From the NCBI GenBank assembly GCA_965218435.1, contig CBDCKW010000009.1:960001-1024000 (forward strand): DNA of 64,000 bases, given 5' to 3'. Under the pieces are notes generated by a model. It was given only the letters and a program-made list of their open reading frames with translations, ran no database searches and was not told the origin of the DNA. The translations under genes were made by a program, and so were the position numbers. Origin of the DNA: Truepera sp. GTDB lineage: Bacteria; Deinococcota; Deinococci; Deinococcales; Trueperaceae. Of this stretch, positions 29,674 through 39,328 are shown in pieces (within the stretch, counting starts at the first letter, position 1; each line of letters begins with the position of its first letter).

Positions 29674-30022
29674 GTTTGTCATGAAGTCTCGAAAGAACGA
29701 GAAGAAAACCCCTGACTTTGAACTCGAAAAACTCGAAAAACCGGACGAAAAGCAGTTATTCGAGTTATTCGAGTCAAAAGTGGAGGATGTCCGTCCCGAA
29801 AGAATAGCGGACACCGTGCCCCGGCTTCCCCGGAAACTCGAGGCACTTGTCAGGGCTGCTGGTAGCAACGTGCTTCCCGAAACGGTGATGCTCAGCTCTG
29901 GGCTCGTACCTGACCTCAACCGTTACGTTCTCGGCTGTGTGGGTAGGTACGTTGTCGGCGACCATGACGAGGCGCTACGGTGTCTTTGGCAAGCTCACTG
30001 TGCGTGGCAGGGTGTGAACTGA
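29666..30022 (+). CDS. Hypothetical protein, last gene of the replication operon
   Basis: Overlaps the DUF3987 stop; 118 aa. Confidence 0.65.
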   Translation: MAEFVMKSRKNEKKTPDFELEKLEKPDEKQLFELFESKVEDVRPERIADTVPRLPRKLEALVRAAGSNVLPETVMLSSGLVPDLNRYVLGCVGRYVVGDHDEALRCLWQAHCAWQGVN

Positions 30023-30123
30023 CGGCCCGAAAAGCCATCCAATTCGGTTCGCCTACTGTTGTCTGACTTGGTGTGAGGTGGCGCTAGCACTGTCATCACC
30101 TAATTACCCACTGAGTTTTTAAG

Positions 30124-30169
30124 GGGATTTTTAGCGCATGTCAATGTTTTGACATGCGCTAAAAATCCC
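30124..30169. repeat. Perfect 21-bp inverted repeat with a 4-nt loop
   Basis: GGGATTTTTAGCGCATGTCAA-TGTT-TTGACATGCGCTAAAAATCCC. Confidence 0.95.
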
Positions 30170-30436
30170 ATATAAAGGACGCTCTACACGTCTTATTACG
30201 GTTTGTGCGGAGCCGTCTTTATAGTTTCCGCACGGTTTAGCTGATAAATAAAGTCTACACTAAACCCAGCTCATACCCCTTGGGCGGCGTCCCAGTTAGC
30301 GGTCTGGGGCGTTTTTACGTTTAACTCCCATCTGTGAGATGTGAAAAAGCTCAGGGGTATAAAATGCGTTTAAGTTGGTAAATTCGTTTACACGTGACGT
30401 GCAACGGTGAGTTGCCGTTGCTAGAAAGGTCAAGCT

Positions 30437-30637
30437 ATGGCGATTGGTCTAAAGTGCCGCGCACCACAAAACAGCACGAAAGAGGTTAAAAGGGCTGTCG
30501 TCCCGGTAAAGTTTTCAAGTTCGGGCACCCCGTATGTAGATAGCTCGGTGTCTGCTATCTCGCCGCAACGCCTCGAGGAACTCGTGCAAGAGCAGATGCG
30601 CCGCCGCGAGCAGACGAACGCCCACCCTAAAAAATAG
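30437..30637 (+). CDS. Small hypothetical protein
   Basis: 66 aa, GAAAGG RBS. Confidence 0.5.
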   Translation: MAIGLKCRAPQNSTKEVKRAVVPVKFSSSGTPYVDSSVSAISPQRLEELVQEQMRRREQTNAHPKK

Positions 30638-30798
30638 TGCCGACGGTCAACATTTTTTTGCTGCCGCTTTCGGGCGGCTTTCTTCTGTTCATCGTTCAGC
30701 TTTTATCTTTTGAGGTGTTACCCTTATTTTGCGACATTAGGTAAAACTTAGCTGTGTCACGCACTGTTATCATGAAACAGTAGAAGCAGCACATTTAC

Positions 30799-33045
30799 TT
30801 GACCGAAAGCCGAGAATATATTTTGACAACTTTGACAAAGAGAAAGCTCGAGACCCAGCTCTGGAACATTGCCGACAGCTTGCGCGGCAAGATGAACGCC
30901 GACGAATTCCGCGACTACTGCTTGGGGTTTATCTTCTACAAATACCTGTCCGAACGCCTCGAGACCTGGGCAGACAGCATCTTAAAAGACGAAGGGGTGA
31001 CGTTTACAGCCTTAGACGAAACGACCGCCGACGGTAGCGAAATGCTCGAGGCACTCCGCGAAGAGGCGCTCGGCGCACTCGGTTACTTTCTAACCCCGGC
31101 GGAGCTGTTTCACACTTTAGCGGGGCGGGGTAAACAGGGCGAGTTTATCCTGGGCGAGCTGCAAACGGTCTTGAACAACATCGAACAGTCCACGATGGGC
31201 ACGGCGAGCGAAGACGACTTCGACCACCTCTTTGAAGACTTAGACCTGACCAGTACCAAGCTCGGACGGTCTGAGGGTGCCAAAAACACCCTCATTGCCA
31301 AGATCATGGGACAGCTCGACAGCATCGACTTTCAGCTCGAGCAAACCGATAGCGACGTGTTAGGCGACGCCTACGAATACCTGATCGGGCAGTTTGCCAG
31401 CGGCGCGGGGAAAAAAGCCGGGGAGTTCTACACCCCCAGCCAGGTCTCTACGATTCTTGCCAAGATCGTCACTACCGGCAAAGTCAAGCTCAAGAGCATC
31501 TATGACCCGACCTGCGGCTCGGGCTCGCTACTGTTGCGCGTGGCGCGTGAAGTGGACTCGGTAGGCGACTACTACGGGCAGGAGATGAACCGCACCACCT
31601 TCAACCTCGCCCGGATGAACATGATCATGCACGGCGTTCACTACCGCAACTTCAACCTGCGCCAAGAGGACACCTTGGAGCACCCCCAGCACCAAGACAT
31701 GCGTTTTGAAGCGGTGGTGGCGAATCCCCCCTTTAGCGCGAAGTGGAACGCCAACCCCATCTTTCAAAGCGACGACCGCTTTAGTCCCTACGGCAGACTT
31801 GCCCCTTCATCGAAAGCCGATTACGCCTTTGTCCAGCACATGCTCTACCAGCTCGGCGAAAACGGCACGATGGCGGTCATCTTGCCGCACGGGGCGCTGT
31901 TTCGGGGCGGGGCCGAGGGACACATCCGGCAGTACCTCATCAAAGATCAGAACTGGCTCGACGCGGTGATCGGCCTCCCCGCTAACATCTTTTACGGCAC
32001 GAGCATCCCGACCTGCATCATGGTCTTCAAGAAGTGCCGCGAGAACCCCGAGAACATCCTCTTTATCGACGCCAGCGCCCACTTTGAAAAGGCGAGCAAC
32101 CAGAACTATCTGCGTGACGCGGACGTGGAGAAGATTGTCAGCACCTACCGGGAGCGCAAAGCAGAGCCCAGGTACAGCCATGTTGCGCCCTTAAGCGAAA
32201 TCGAAGAGAACGACTACAACCTGAACATCCCGCGCTATGTGGACACCTTTGAGGCGGAAGAGCCAATAAATTTAGATGATGTAGTTCTTCTTTTAGACGA
32301 TTCTCAAGAGGCATTTGAGGAAGCCGATGCAATCATTGCAAGATTTTGCCGCGAGTTAAATCTCCCTGAACCTAAAGGCGTCAATGTGAGCTTGCTAGAG
32401 ACCTACAAGCGCGGCGTGATGCAAAAGCTCTTTTCGCAAGAGGTGCGGTTTAAGAGGGAGGACGGCTCGAGCTTTCCTGATTGGGAAGAAACTACTTTGG
32501 GCGAAATTGCAAGTGTACATAAAGGTGGTGGTCTAAGTAGAAGTTCGATTGTGGCAGACGGTTTATATTCTTGTATTCTTTACGGCGAGCTTTTCACAGG
32601 TTACTCCGAAGTCATTTACGAGGTAGATTCTAAAACCAACGAAGATTTGGGACTACCTAGCAAATCCGGTGATATTCTCATGCCTACCTCTGATGTGACA
32701 CCTAATGGCTTGGCAACCGCAAGTGTAATTATGAAAGACGATGTCAGATTAGGCGGGGACATCAACATTATTAGATTACAAGGTAATCAATCCCCAATAT
32801 TTATGTCGTACTTGATAAACTCAAAAAAAGCTGAGATCATTCGTTTGGTAACGGGTACGACTATCAAGCACATCTATGCTAAAGACATCAAAAGCTTAAT
32901 TTTGAGCATTCCATCATCTACTCTTGAACAACAAAAAATCGCCGCCTTCCTCTCCGCCATCGACACCAAACTAGACGCCGTAAACGCGCAAATTTCACAG
33001 ACGCAGCACTTCAAAAAGGGTTTACTGCAACAAATGTTTGTCTAG
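30799..33045 (+). CDS. hsdM: Type I RM methyltransferase HsdM fused to a half (single-TRD) HsdS
   Basis: LWNIADSLRG, GEFYTP, YDPTCGSGSLL, NPPF, YNLNIPRYVD; in frame to YKRGVMQKLFSQEVRF...DWEETTLGE-TRD-EQQKIAAFLSAID...KKGLLQQMFV; start may be 30823. Confidence 0.92.
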   Translation: MTESREYILTTLTKRKLETQLWNIADSLRGKMNADEFRDYCLGFIFYKYLSERLETWADSILKDEGVTFTALDETTADGSEMLEALREEALGALGYFLTPAELFHTLAGRGKQGEFILGELQTVLNNIEQSTMGTASEDDFDHLFEDLDLTSTKLGRSEGAKNTLIAKIMGQLDSIDFQLEQTDSDVLGDAYEYLIGQFASGAGKKAGEFYTPSQVSTILAKIVTTGKVKLKSIYDPTCGSGSLLLRVAREVDSVGDYYGQEMNRTTFNLARMNMIMHGVHYRNFNLRQEDTLEHPQHQDMRFEAVVANPPFSAKWNANPIFQSDDRFSPYGRLAPSSKADYAFVQHMLYQLGENGTMAVILPHGALFRGGAEGHIRQYLIKDQNWLDAVIGLPANIFYGTSIPTCIMVFKKCRENPENILFIDASAHFEKASNQNYLRDADVEKIVSTYRERKAEPRYSHVAPLSEIEENDYNLNIPRYVDTFEAEEPINLDDVVLLLDDSQEAFEEADAIIARFCRELNLPEPKGVNVSLLETYKRGVMQKLFSQEVRFKREDGSSFPDWEETTLGEIASVHKGGGLSRSSIVADGLYSCILYGELFTGYSEVIYEVDSKTNEDLGLPSKSGDILMPTSDVTPNGLATASVIMKDDVRLGGDINIIRLQGNQSPIFMSYLINSKKAEIIRLVTGTTIKHIYAKDIKSLILSIPSSTLEQQKIAAFLSAIDTKLDAVNAQISQTQHFKKGLLQQMFV

Positions 33046-33091
33046 CTTCAAGCCATACCGACCAATATGACCGATATGCTACGATAGGCGT

Positions 33092-33391
33092 ATGATCAAG
33101 ACCGTCCCGGCAGTCAAAGCAAGGCAACAGTTCGGCAGTTTGCTTAACGAGGTAGAGCTTACTGGGGCGAGTATCGTCATTGAGCGCGACGGCAAACCCA
33201 AAGCGGTGATGGTGTCCGTGGCCCGCTTTGAAGCTTGGGAGAAGCGCCGGGAACAGGCGCTAGAGAACCTGAAAATGCAAGCTGAGCGTAATCAGGCGTT
33301 GCTGGGCGGCGAGGGTGTAAGCTTCGATGCGCTCATGGACGAACTGGTCAGCGCCAGCAAAGACGCCCGCAAAGAAACGGTCAAGCCCTAA
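33092..33391 (+). CDS. Phd/YefM-family antitoxin
   Basis: AVKARQQFGSLLNEV...IVIERDGKPKAVMVS. Confidence 0.9.
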   Translation: MIKTVPAVKARQQFGSLLNEVELTGASIVIERDGKPKAVMVSVARFEAWEKRREQALENLKMQAERNQALLGGEGVSFDALMDELVSASKDARKETVKP

Positions 33392-33397
33392 ACGTCT

Positions 33398-33817
33398 GTG
33401 CTGGTCGTTTTAGACACGAATATCCTGATCGCCTTTTCTATCACCAATCGTCCCCCTATTACGCACATCAGAGACGCCTGGTTGACGGGCAAGCTGGACA
33501 TCGCCGTGACCGAAACCCTGATAGAGGAATATACGCGGGTCACAGGTTACAAGCACCTTGCCAGATACTTTGAGGGCGCGGAGCGTCAGGAGCGTATAAG
33601 TGAGCTTTACGATTTCGGTGTCCTGATTGAGATTGCCGAGCCGTACCCCGACGCGCCCGACCTGGATGACCGCTACCTCTTTGCGATGCTTGAGCATCCT
33701 CTGGTGGTGGCGCTGGTTACAGGCGATAAGGCGCTCCTTGGGCTCGAGTCTTTTGGGGGCAAGCCCATCCTCGGCCCTGCGGCGTTTGTGCAGCGAGTTC
33801 TGAATGCGCAGGGCTGA
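33398..33817 (+). CDS. PIN-domain toxin (VapC-like, PIN_3 type)
   Basis: VVLDTNILI...IEEY...PDLDDRYL...LVTGDKALL. Confidence 0.9.
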   Translation: MLVVLDTNILIAFSITNRPPITHIRDAWLTGKLDIAVTETLIEEYTRVTGYKHLARYFEGAERQERISELYDFGVLIEIAEPYPDAPDLDDRYLFAMLEHPLVVALVTGDKALLGLESFGGKPILGPAAFVQRVLNAQG

Positions 33818-33867
33818 GGTGTCGGGTTTTTCTGCGGGTTCTCTTCGCCGCTCTGATAGCGTTTAGC

Positions 33868-36729
33868 ATGGTTCAGTCCGAGGCGCAACTAGAAGAGAGT
33901 CTTATAAGTCAGCTCACGGGTTTGGGTTACGAACGGGTAGTCGTTCCGGACGCGGCGGCGCTCGAGCAGAACCTCAAGCGGCAGCTAGAGAAGCACAATG
34001 GGCTCACCCTCTCGAACGGCGAGTTTCAAAAGGTCTTGAACCACCTCAATAAGGGCAACGTCTTCGAGCGGGCCAAGACCCTGCGCGACCGGATGCAGCT
34101 CCCCCGCGACGACGGCAGCACCGCCTACCTTCAGTTCTTAGACAGCGAAAACTGGTGTCAGAACCGCTATCAGGTCACGCACCAGGTCAGCGTAGAGGGG
34201 CGGCACAAGAACCGCTATGACGTGACGCTGCTGATCAACGGCCTGCCCCTGGTGCAGATCGAACTCAAGCGGCGCGGCATGGAGCTTAAAGAGGCGTTCA
34301 ACCAGGTGAACCGCTATCACCGCCACTCCTACCGGGCAGGGAGCGGGCTGTTCCAGTACGTGCAGCTCTTTGTCATCTCGAACGGCGTCAACACCAAGTA
34401 CTACGCGAACAACCGCAAGCAGGACTTTAAGCAGACGTTCTTCTGGGCCGACCGGGAAAACCGGCTCATCACCCAGCTCGACAGGTTTGCCGACGCCTTT
34501 CTGGAGAAATGCCACTTGTCTAAGATGATCTGCAAGTACATCGTCTTGCACGAGTCGGACAAGGTGCTGATGGTCTTGCGCCCCTACCAGTACTTCGCGG
34601 CGGAAGCGCTGGTGGACCGGGTAGCGCACACCCGCAAAAACGGTTACATCTGGCATACGACGGGCTCGGGCAAGACCCTGACGAGCTTCAAGGCGGCGCA
34701 GCTCTTGACGGCCATAGATGGCGTTCACAAGGTGGTCTTCGTCGTTGACCGTGCCGATCTGGACTACCAGACGACAAGGGAGTTCAACTACTTCAGCGAG
34801 GGCAGCGTAGACGGCACCACCAACACCCGCGCTTTGGTCAATCAGCTTGCAGGCAAGAACAAGCTTATCGTCACCACCATTCAAAAGCTCAACACCGCCA
34901 TCAAGTCGAGCCGCCATGAACGGGCGATGGAACGGCTGAAAGACAAGCGGGTCGTGTTTATCTTCGATGAGTGTCACCGCTCGCAGTTTGGCGAGACGCA
35001 TAACGCCATCGTCACCTTCTTCGCTGAGGCGCAGATGTTCGGTTTTACCGGCACGCCTATCTTCGCCGACAACGCCATCAAAAAGCGCACCACCAAGAGC
35101 TTATTCGACGAGTGCTTGCACCGCTACGTCATCACTAACGCCATCAAAGACCAGAACGTCCTCAAGTTCTCGGTCGAGTACTGGGGCAAGCTCAAACGCA
35201 AAGACGGCAGCCTGATCGACGAGCAGGTTGAGAGAATCAACACTAGGGAGGTCTTTGAGCATGAAGAGCGCCTCGAGGGGGTGGTGGACTGGATTATTGA
35301 GAACCACGGGCGCAAAACGCACGGCAAGCAGTTCTCGAGCATCTTCTGCGTCTCGAGCGTCGAGATGCTCATCAAGGTCTACGACATCTTTAAGGCGAAA
35401 AAAGACGCGGGAGAGCACGACCTGCGGGTGATCACCATCTTTACCCCTACCGACAACGAACCCGACGACGACGCGAACGGGCTGATCGGCGACCCTGATA
35501 TGGATGTTGATGCGGCGGACGTGAACAGCCACAGCAAAGACAAGCTCGAAAGCTTTATCGGAGACTACAACGCCATGTACAGCACACAGCACTCGGCAAA
35601 GGACTCAACCGCTTTTTATACCTATTACAAAGACATCGCCAAGCGGATGAAAGAGCGCGACCGTGAGGGCTTTTTAGATGCCGACCGCGCCGACATTTTG
35701 CTGGTCGTCAACATGTTTTTAACCGGCTTCGACGCCAAAAAGCTCAACACCCTCTATGTGGATAAGAACCTGCGTTATCACGGGCTGATTCAAGCCTACT
35801 CACGCACCAACCGCACCTTGGGTGAACTGAAAAGCCAGGGCAATATCGTCTCGTTTCGCAACCTCAAAGACAAGACCGATGAAGCCGTCGCACTCTACTC
35901 CGACGAAAACGCCAACGAGAACGTGCTCTTGGAGCCCTATGAGCACTATGTCGAGCGCTTCAACCAAGGTGTCGTCGCTCTAAAAGCCATCAGCGAAACA
36001 CCGGACGCCGTGAACGACCTCGATAGCGAAGACGAACAGCTCGAGTTTGTTCAAGCTTTTAGAGGGCTCATCCGTGAGCTGAACGTGCTCACTTCGTTTA
36101 CTGAATTTGGCTTTCACGACCTCGAGCTACCTGAACAGCAGTTTGAAGACTTCAAGAGCAAGTACCTGGACATTCACGACCGTTTCAAAACCGGGGGCGG
36201 TGGCGAGGGCACAAGCATCATCGACGATGTGGACTTCGAGCTGGAACTCATTCAACGTGATGAGATCAACGTGGCCTATATCCTCAAGCTACTCGCCAAG
36301 CTTAAGGAGACCGAGACTAAAAAGGGTAAGGGCCAAGCCTACGAGAAGCAGAGGAAGCAAGTCCTTGACACTCTTTCGCAAGAGGTGCAGCTCCGCAGCA
36401 AGCGCGAGCTAATCGAACGGTTTATCGACAAGAACATGCCCGCCTTGCAGCCTGAAGACGACGTGACCGAAGCGTTTAGCATGTACTGGTCGGCTGAGAA
36501 AGACGCCTCACTCGACGCGCTGAGTCAGCAAGAGAAGATTGACCGTGCCGCCGTTGAACGCCTCCTCAGTAACTACCAGTTTTCAGGCAAGGAACCGCTG
36601 CGCGAAGAGGTATTTGCGGCGCTCGAGGCCAAGCCGAAACTTGTAGAGCGCAAGACCGTCTTTGAACGTATCGTCGGCAAGCTGATGGAGATTGTGCAGG
36701 TCTTTGAAGACGATATGGGGGCGGTGTAG
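33868..36729 (+). CDS. hsdR: Type I restriction endonuclease subunit R
   Basis: RYDVTLLINGLPLVQIELK, HTTGSGKT, DECH, FTGTP, MFLTGFD, QAYSRTNR. Confidence 0.95.
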   Translation: MVQSEAQLEESLISQLTGLGYERVVVPDAAALEQNLKRQLEKHNGLTLSNGEFQKVLNHLNKGNVFERAKTLRDRMQLPRDDGSTAYLQFLDSENWCQNRYQVTHQVSVEGRHKNRYDVTLLINGLPLVQIELKRRGMELKEAFNQVNRYHRHSYRAGSGLFQYVQLFVISNGVNTKYYANNRKQDFKQTFFWADRENRLITQLDRFADAFLEKCHLSKMICKYIVLHESDKVLMVLRPYQYFAAEALVDRVAHTRKNGYIWHTTGSGKTLTSFKAAQLLTAIDGVHKVVFVVDRADLDYQTTREFNYFSEGSVDGTTNTRALVNQLAGKNKLIVTTIQKLNTAIKSSRHERAMERLKDKRVVFIFDECHRSQFGETHNAIVTFFAEAQMFGFTGTPIFADNAIKKRTTKSLFDECLHRYVITNAIKDQNVLKFSVEYWGKLKRKDGSLIDEQVERINTREVFEHEERLEGVVDWIIENHGRKTHGKQFSSIFCVSSVEMLIKVYDIFKAKKDAGEHDLRVITIFTPTDNEPDDDANGLIGDPDMDVDAADVNSHSKDKLESFIGDYNAMYSTQHSAKDSTAFYTYYKDIAKRMKERDREGFLDADRADILLVVNMFLTGFDAKKLNTLYVDKNLRYHGLIQAYSRTNRTLGELKSQGNIVSFRNLKDKTDEAVALYSDENANENVLLEPYEHYVERFNQGVVALKAISETPDAVNDLDSEDEQLEFVQAFRGLIRELNVLTSFTEFGFHDLELPEQQFEDFKSKYLDIHDRFKTGGGGEGTSIIDDVDFELELIQRDEINVAYILKLLAKLKETETKKGKGQAYEKQRKQVLDTLSQEVQLRSKRELIERFIDKNMPALQPEDDVTEAFSMYWSAEKDASLDALSQQEKIDRAAVERLLSNYQFSGKEPLREEVFAALEAKPKLVERKTVFERIVGKLMEIVQVFEDDMGAV

Positions 36730-37163
36730 GGAGTCACAGCTAGCCCTTCGTATGAACTTAGCCAAACGTAGTGTGCTATCTTCTGCACGTCCAACCGATC
36801 AGTGCGCCAGCTTTAACATCACGGCTGGCGCACTTGAAACGGTGATTTAAGCAGCGTTAGGTAAGACCATCGTTTCAAGGGTTCTAAGCTGATATCGGGC
36901 CAAATCCCACTTGAGCCCAGCGAGTTCAAACGCACACGTTCTTATCACGATAAAACAGGCAGAGCTTTCCTAATCGAACCTTTAACTCCATGAAACTTAA
37001 GCAGCCATTAAGCTTCGCCTCTTAGTATGTTCACATCAAAAGCTTAACGAGAGGAAGGGCCGTAAGCGTCCGTCTAACACACCACCGTCGTGCTGTGAGG
37101 TTTGGGGTGAAAAGGGGCTCACAACACCGTTCAGCGTCCGAGGGACGTAAGGAGGGTTCAAAA

Positions 37164-38408
37164 ATGTTTAAACGCGTTTTGCTGGTCGCAGGACTTATGG
37201 CTCTCGCCGCTTGCTCACAAGCTCCCGTCTCGCCGATTGAACACCTTGACCTTTCAGCCCAACGTTTGGGTACGGCTGCCTATGACTCGGTTGCCGACGT
37301 CGCCGTCGATAGGACGCTAGGGGCCGTTTATGCTATCGGCAGCACGACCGGCTCGCTCGACGGGACCAACCGGGGCGGATCCGACGTGTTTCTCAGACGC
37401 TACAACCGGAACGGCACAGTCGTCTGGAAGCGGCAACTCGGCGGTACCCCGCAAGACACCGCCTTCAGCGTCGCGGTCGCCCCGAACAGCTCGGTTTTTG
37501 CTGGCTATACGCAAACAGAGGGTGCCTACTACGTCGGGGACGGCCTACTTCAGAAGTTCTCCGCCAATGGCGCACGCCTGTGGACGCGCAGATTTAGGGT
37601 TGATGACAACCTTACTGAGGTTACGTCCGTCATTGCCGACCCGAGTGGCAATGTCTTTGTCGGCGGAAGTTTGGGTGGAGCCACCGGAGCCTTTGTCAGA
37701 AAATACTCGGGCTCGGGAGCGGTGCTCTGGACTTATGTGTTTTATGGTAACGGTATTGTTCAAGAGGTCGAAGCTCTGACTACCGACGCTGCTGGGAACG
37801 TCTACGCGGGCGGCAACGACTACGACGATTCCTGGTTTACTAACTTCCTTATCAAGCTGAGCCCCGGCGGCGAGCTGCTATTTTCAACGGAACTCAGCGC
37901 CGGAAGGTCCAGCTTGACGAGTATCTGGGACATGCAGGTAGCAGGTAATACTATCTACGTCGCGGGCTCTAAGACCTACAACTATGAAAACCCTGACAGT
38001 GAGGAGAGAGATGCCTTCGTCGGTAAATACACGCTCGGCGGCGTGCCGCAGTGGCAGAAAACGTTCGGTACCCGAAGCAGTGACAGCGCGTTGGGACTCT
38101 CAGCCGACACGAACGGCAGCTTTTACGTCACGGGTTACACCTGCGGCAGTCTCGGCGGCAGCGTTGATCCAGGTGGCTGCGATGTTTTCTTGCGTAAGTA
38201 TAACGGCAGCGGTGCAGCTCTCTGGACTAAACAGATTGGCTCACCGGGCAACGACTATGGTGAAGCGGTAGCGGCCTACAGCAGCAGTGAACTTTACCTG
38301 GGCGGTGAGGTAGGCGGAGCCCTCGCAGACACCACCTACCGTGGCGGTCAGGACGGCTTCTTGCGCCGCACCGATGGCCAGGGCAACCGGCGTTGGACAG
38401 ACCAGTAG
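37164..38408 (+). CDS. Lipoprotein with SBBP-type beta-propeller repeats
   Basis: Lipobox ALAAC; repeated D..GNVYxxG and DVFLRKY...WTKQIG; AGGAGG RBS. Confidence 0.85.
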   Translation: MFKRVLLVAGLMALAACSQAPVSPIEHLDLSAQRLGTAAYDSVADVAVDRTLGAVYAIGSTTGSLDGTNRGGSDVFLRRYNRNGTVVWKRQLGGTPQDTAFSVAVAPNSSVFAGYTQTEGAYYVGDGLLQKFSANGARLWTRRFRVDDNLTEVTSVIADPSGNVFVGGSLGGATGAFVRKYSGSGAVLWTYVFYGNGIVQEVEALTTDAAGNVYAGGNDYDDSWFTNFLIKLSPGGELLFSTELSAGRSSLTSIWDMQVAGNTIYVAGSKTYNYENPDSEERDAFVGKYTLGGVPQWQKTFGTRSSDSALGLSADTNGSFYVTGYTCGSLGGSVDPGGCDVFLRKYNGSGAALWTKQIGSPGNDYGEAVAAYSSSELYLGGEVGGALADTTYRGGQDGFLRRTDGQGNRRWTDQ

Positions 38409-38538
38409 TGGGGATATGTTTAATTGATGCGGTGTGTTGAAAGTTTACCCCCAGGAACGCGCTGTCTGTTACAACACCGCCGTAGAGGCATCCGGTCGGT
38501 TTGTGCCCTTTCTTTTAAGTCTCTACATAGAAACCGAA

Positions 38539-38559
38539 AGCCCCCCGATTTGGGGGGCT
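38539..38559. terminator. Hairpin between convergent genes
   Basis: AGCCCCCC-GATTT-GGGGGGCT. Confidence 0.7.
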
Positions 38560-38565
38560 CTATCG

Positions 38566-38895
38566 TTATGCTGCCTCGCGGTAGGGTTCAAACAGCCGCA
38601 CGCTGTAACATGCCAAATCCCACTCGAGCCGCGCGAGTTCAAAAGCGCAGCGAGCTTCTATCAGCGCGTCCTCAGCTTCAGCGAGCGCCGCATACTCCGA
38701 ACTCAGCTCGAGCCGTAGCTTAGCTGTCCGCTCCCGTTCGTTCTTACCTTCTACGCCTTCACAGAGCTTGTGTGCTTCACTCAGCTCGAGCCCTCGCTTG
38801 GCTTCAGCGTGAGCAGTGACCGCACCGCATAAGGTGATCTGAGTATCCTCTAAGCCGTTCTTAGCTTGGGTGAGTTGGGATAAGAGAGGGGCCAT
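38566..38895 (-). CDS. Hypothetical helical phage-type protein
   Basis: EGKNERERTAKL motif; TAATG coupling with the upstream ORF. Confidence 0.75.
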   Translation of the reverse strand: MAPLLSQLTQAKNGLEDTQITLCGAVTAHAEAKRGLELSEAHKLCEGVEGKNERERTAKLRLELSSEYAALAEAEDALIEARCAFELARLEWDLACYSVRLFEPYREAA

Positions 38896-39062
38896 TAGGC
38901 CGCCTCTCCCCAGAAGTCATAGTCAGGTACTTCGTCTTGAATGATGGGGGGCAGTTCATCGTCTGCCCCGTCGTCTTCAGCTGCCAACTCTGCGTAAAGA
39001 GCTTGTAAGTCCTCTTCACGGTCGCTGTACATCTCGATGTCCACGAAAGTAAAGGGGCTCAT
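38895..39062 (-). CDS. 55-aa highly acidic protein (absent from the ORF track)
   Basis: MSPFTFVDIEMYSDREEDLQALYAELAAEDDGADDELPPIIQDEVPDYDFWGEAA; TAATG overlaps on both sides. Confidence 0.8.
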   Translation of the reverse strand: MSPFTFVDIEMYSDREEDLQALYAELAAEDDGADDELPPIIQDEVPDYDFWGEAA

Positions 39063-39268
39063 TAAAGAGCCCTCGCTGCGACACGTACTGCTGCTTTGAT
39101 GGTGGTGTGCTTAGAGACGCAGTTAAAGCCAGCGTCTAAAACCTCCCAGACGGTGCCCCAAGTCTGAAGCGTGCCGACCGTGACGCCGTTACGCTCGAGG
39201 TCATACGCCTTAACGGGGGTGCGGTAGCTTGCGCCGTCTTGCTTGTGAAGGGTGATGGTATTGTTCAT
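39062..39268 (-). CDS. Small hypothetical protein
   Basis: 68 aa, GGAG RBS, first gene of the coupled triplet. Confidence 0.7.
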   Translation of the reverse strand: MNNTITLHKQDGASYRTPVKAYDLERNGVTVGTLQTWGTVWEVLDAGFNCVSKHTTIKAAVRVAARAL

Positions 39269-39328
39269 GTGGAACTCCGTTTCTAGTTAGGGGCTGTACT
39301 TTTGCGGGTCTGCCCTTAACTGCCTCTA

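Noticed and set aside
34138..35592. Long antisense ORFs over hsdR (likewise over the P450, ysnF and membrane genes)
   Set aside because: Shadow frames of GC-rich codon usage with no motifs
37090..37150. c-di-AMP (ydaO) riboswitch
   Set aside because: Only the TTTGGGGTGAA fragment matches; the other conserved blocks were not found
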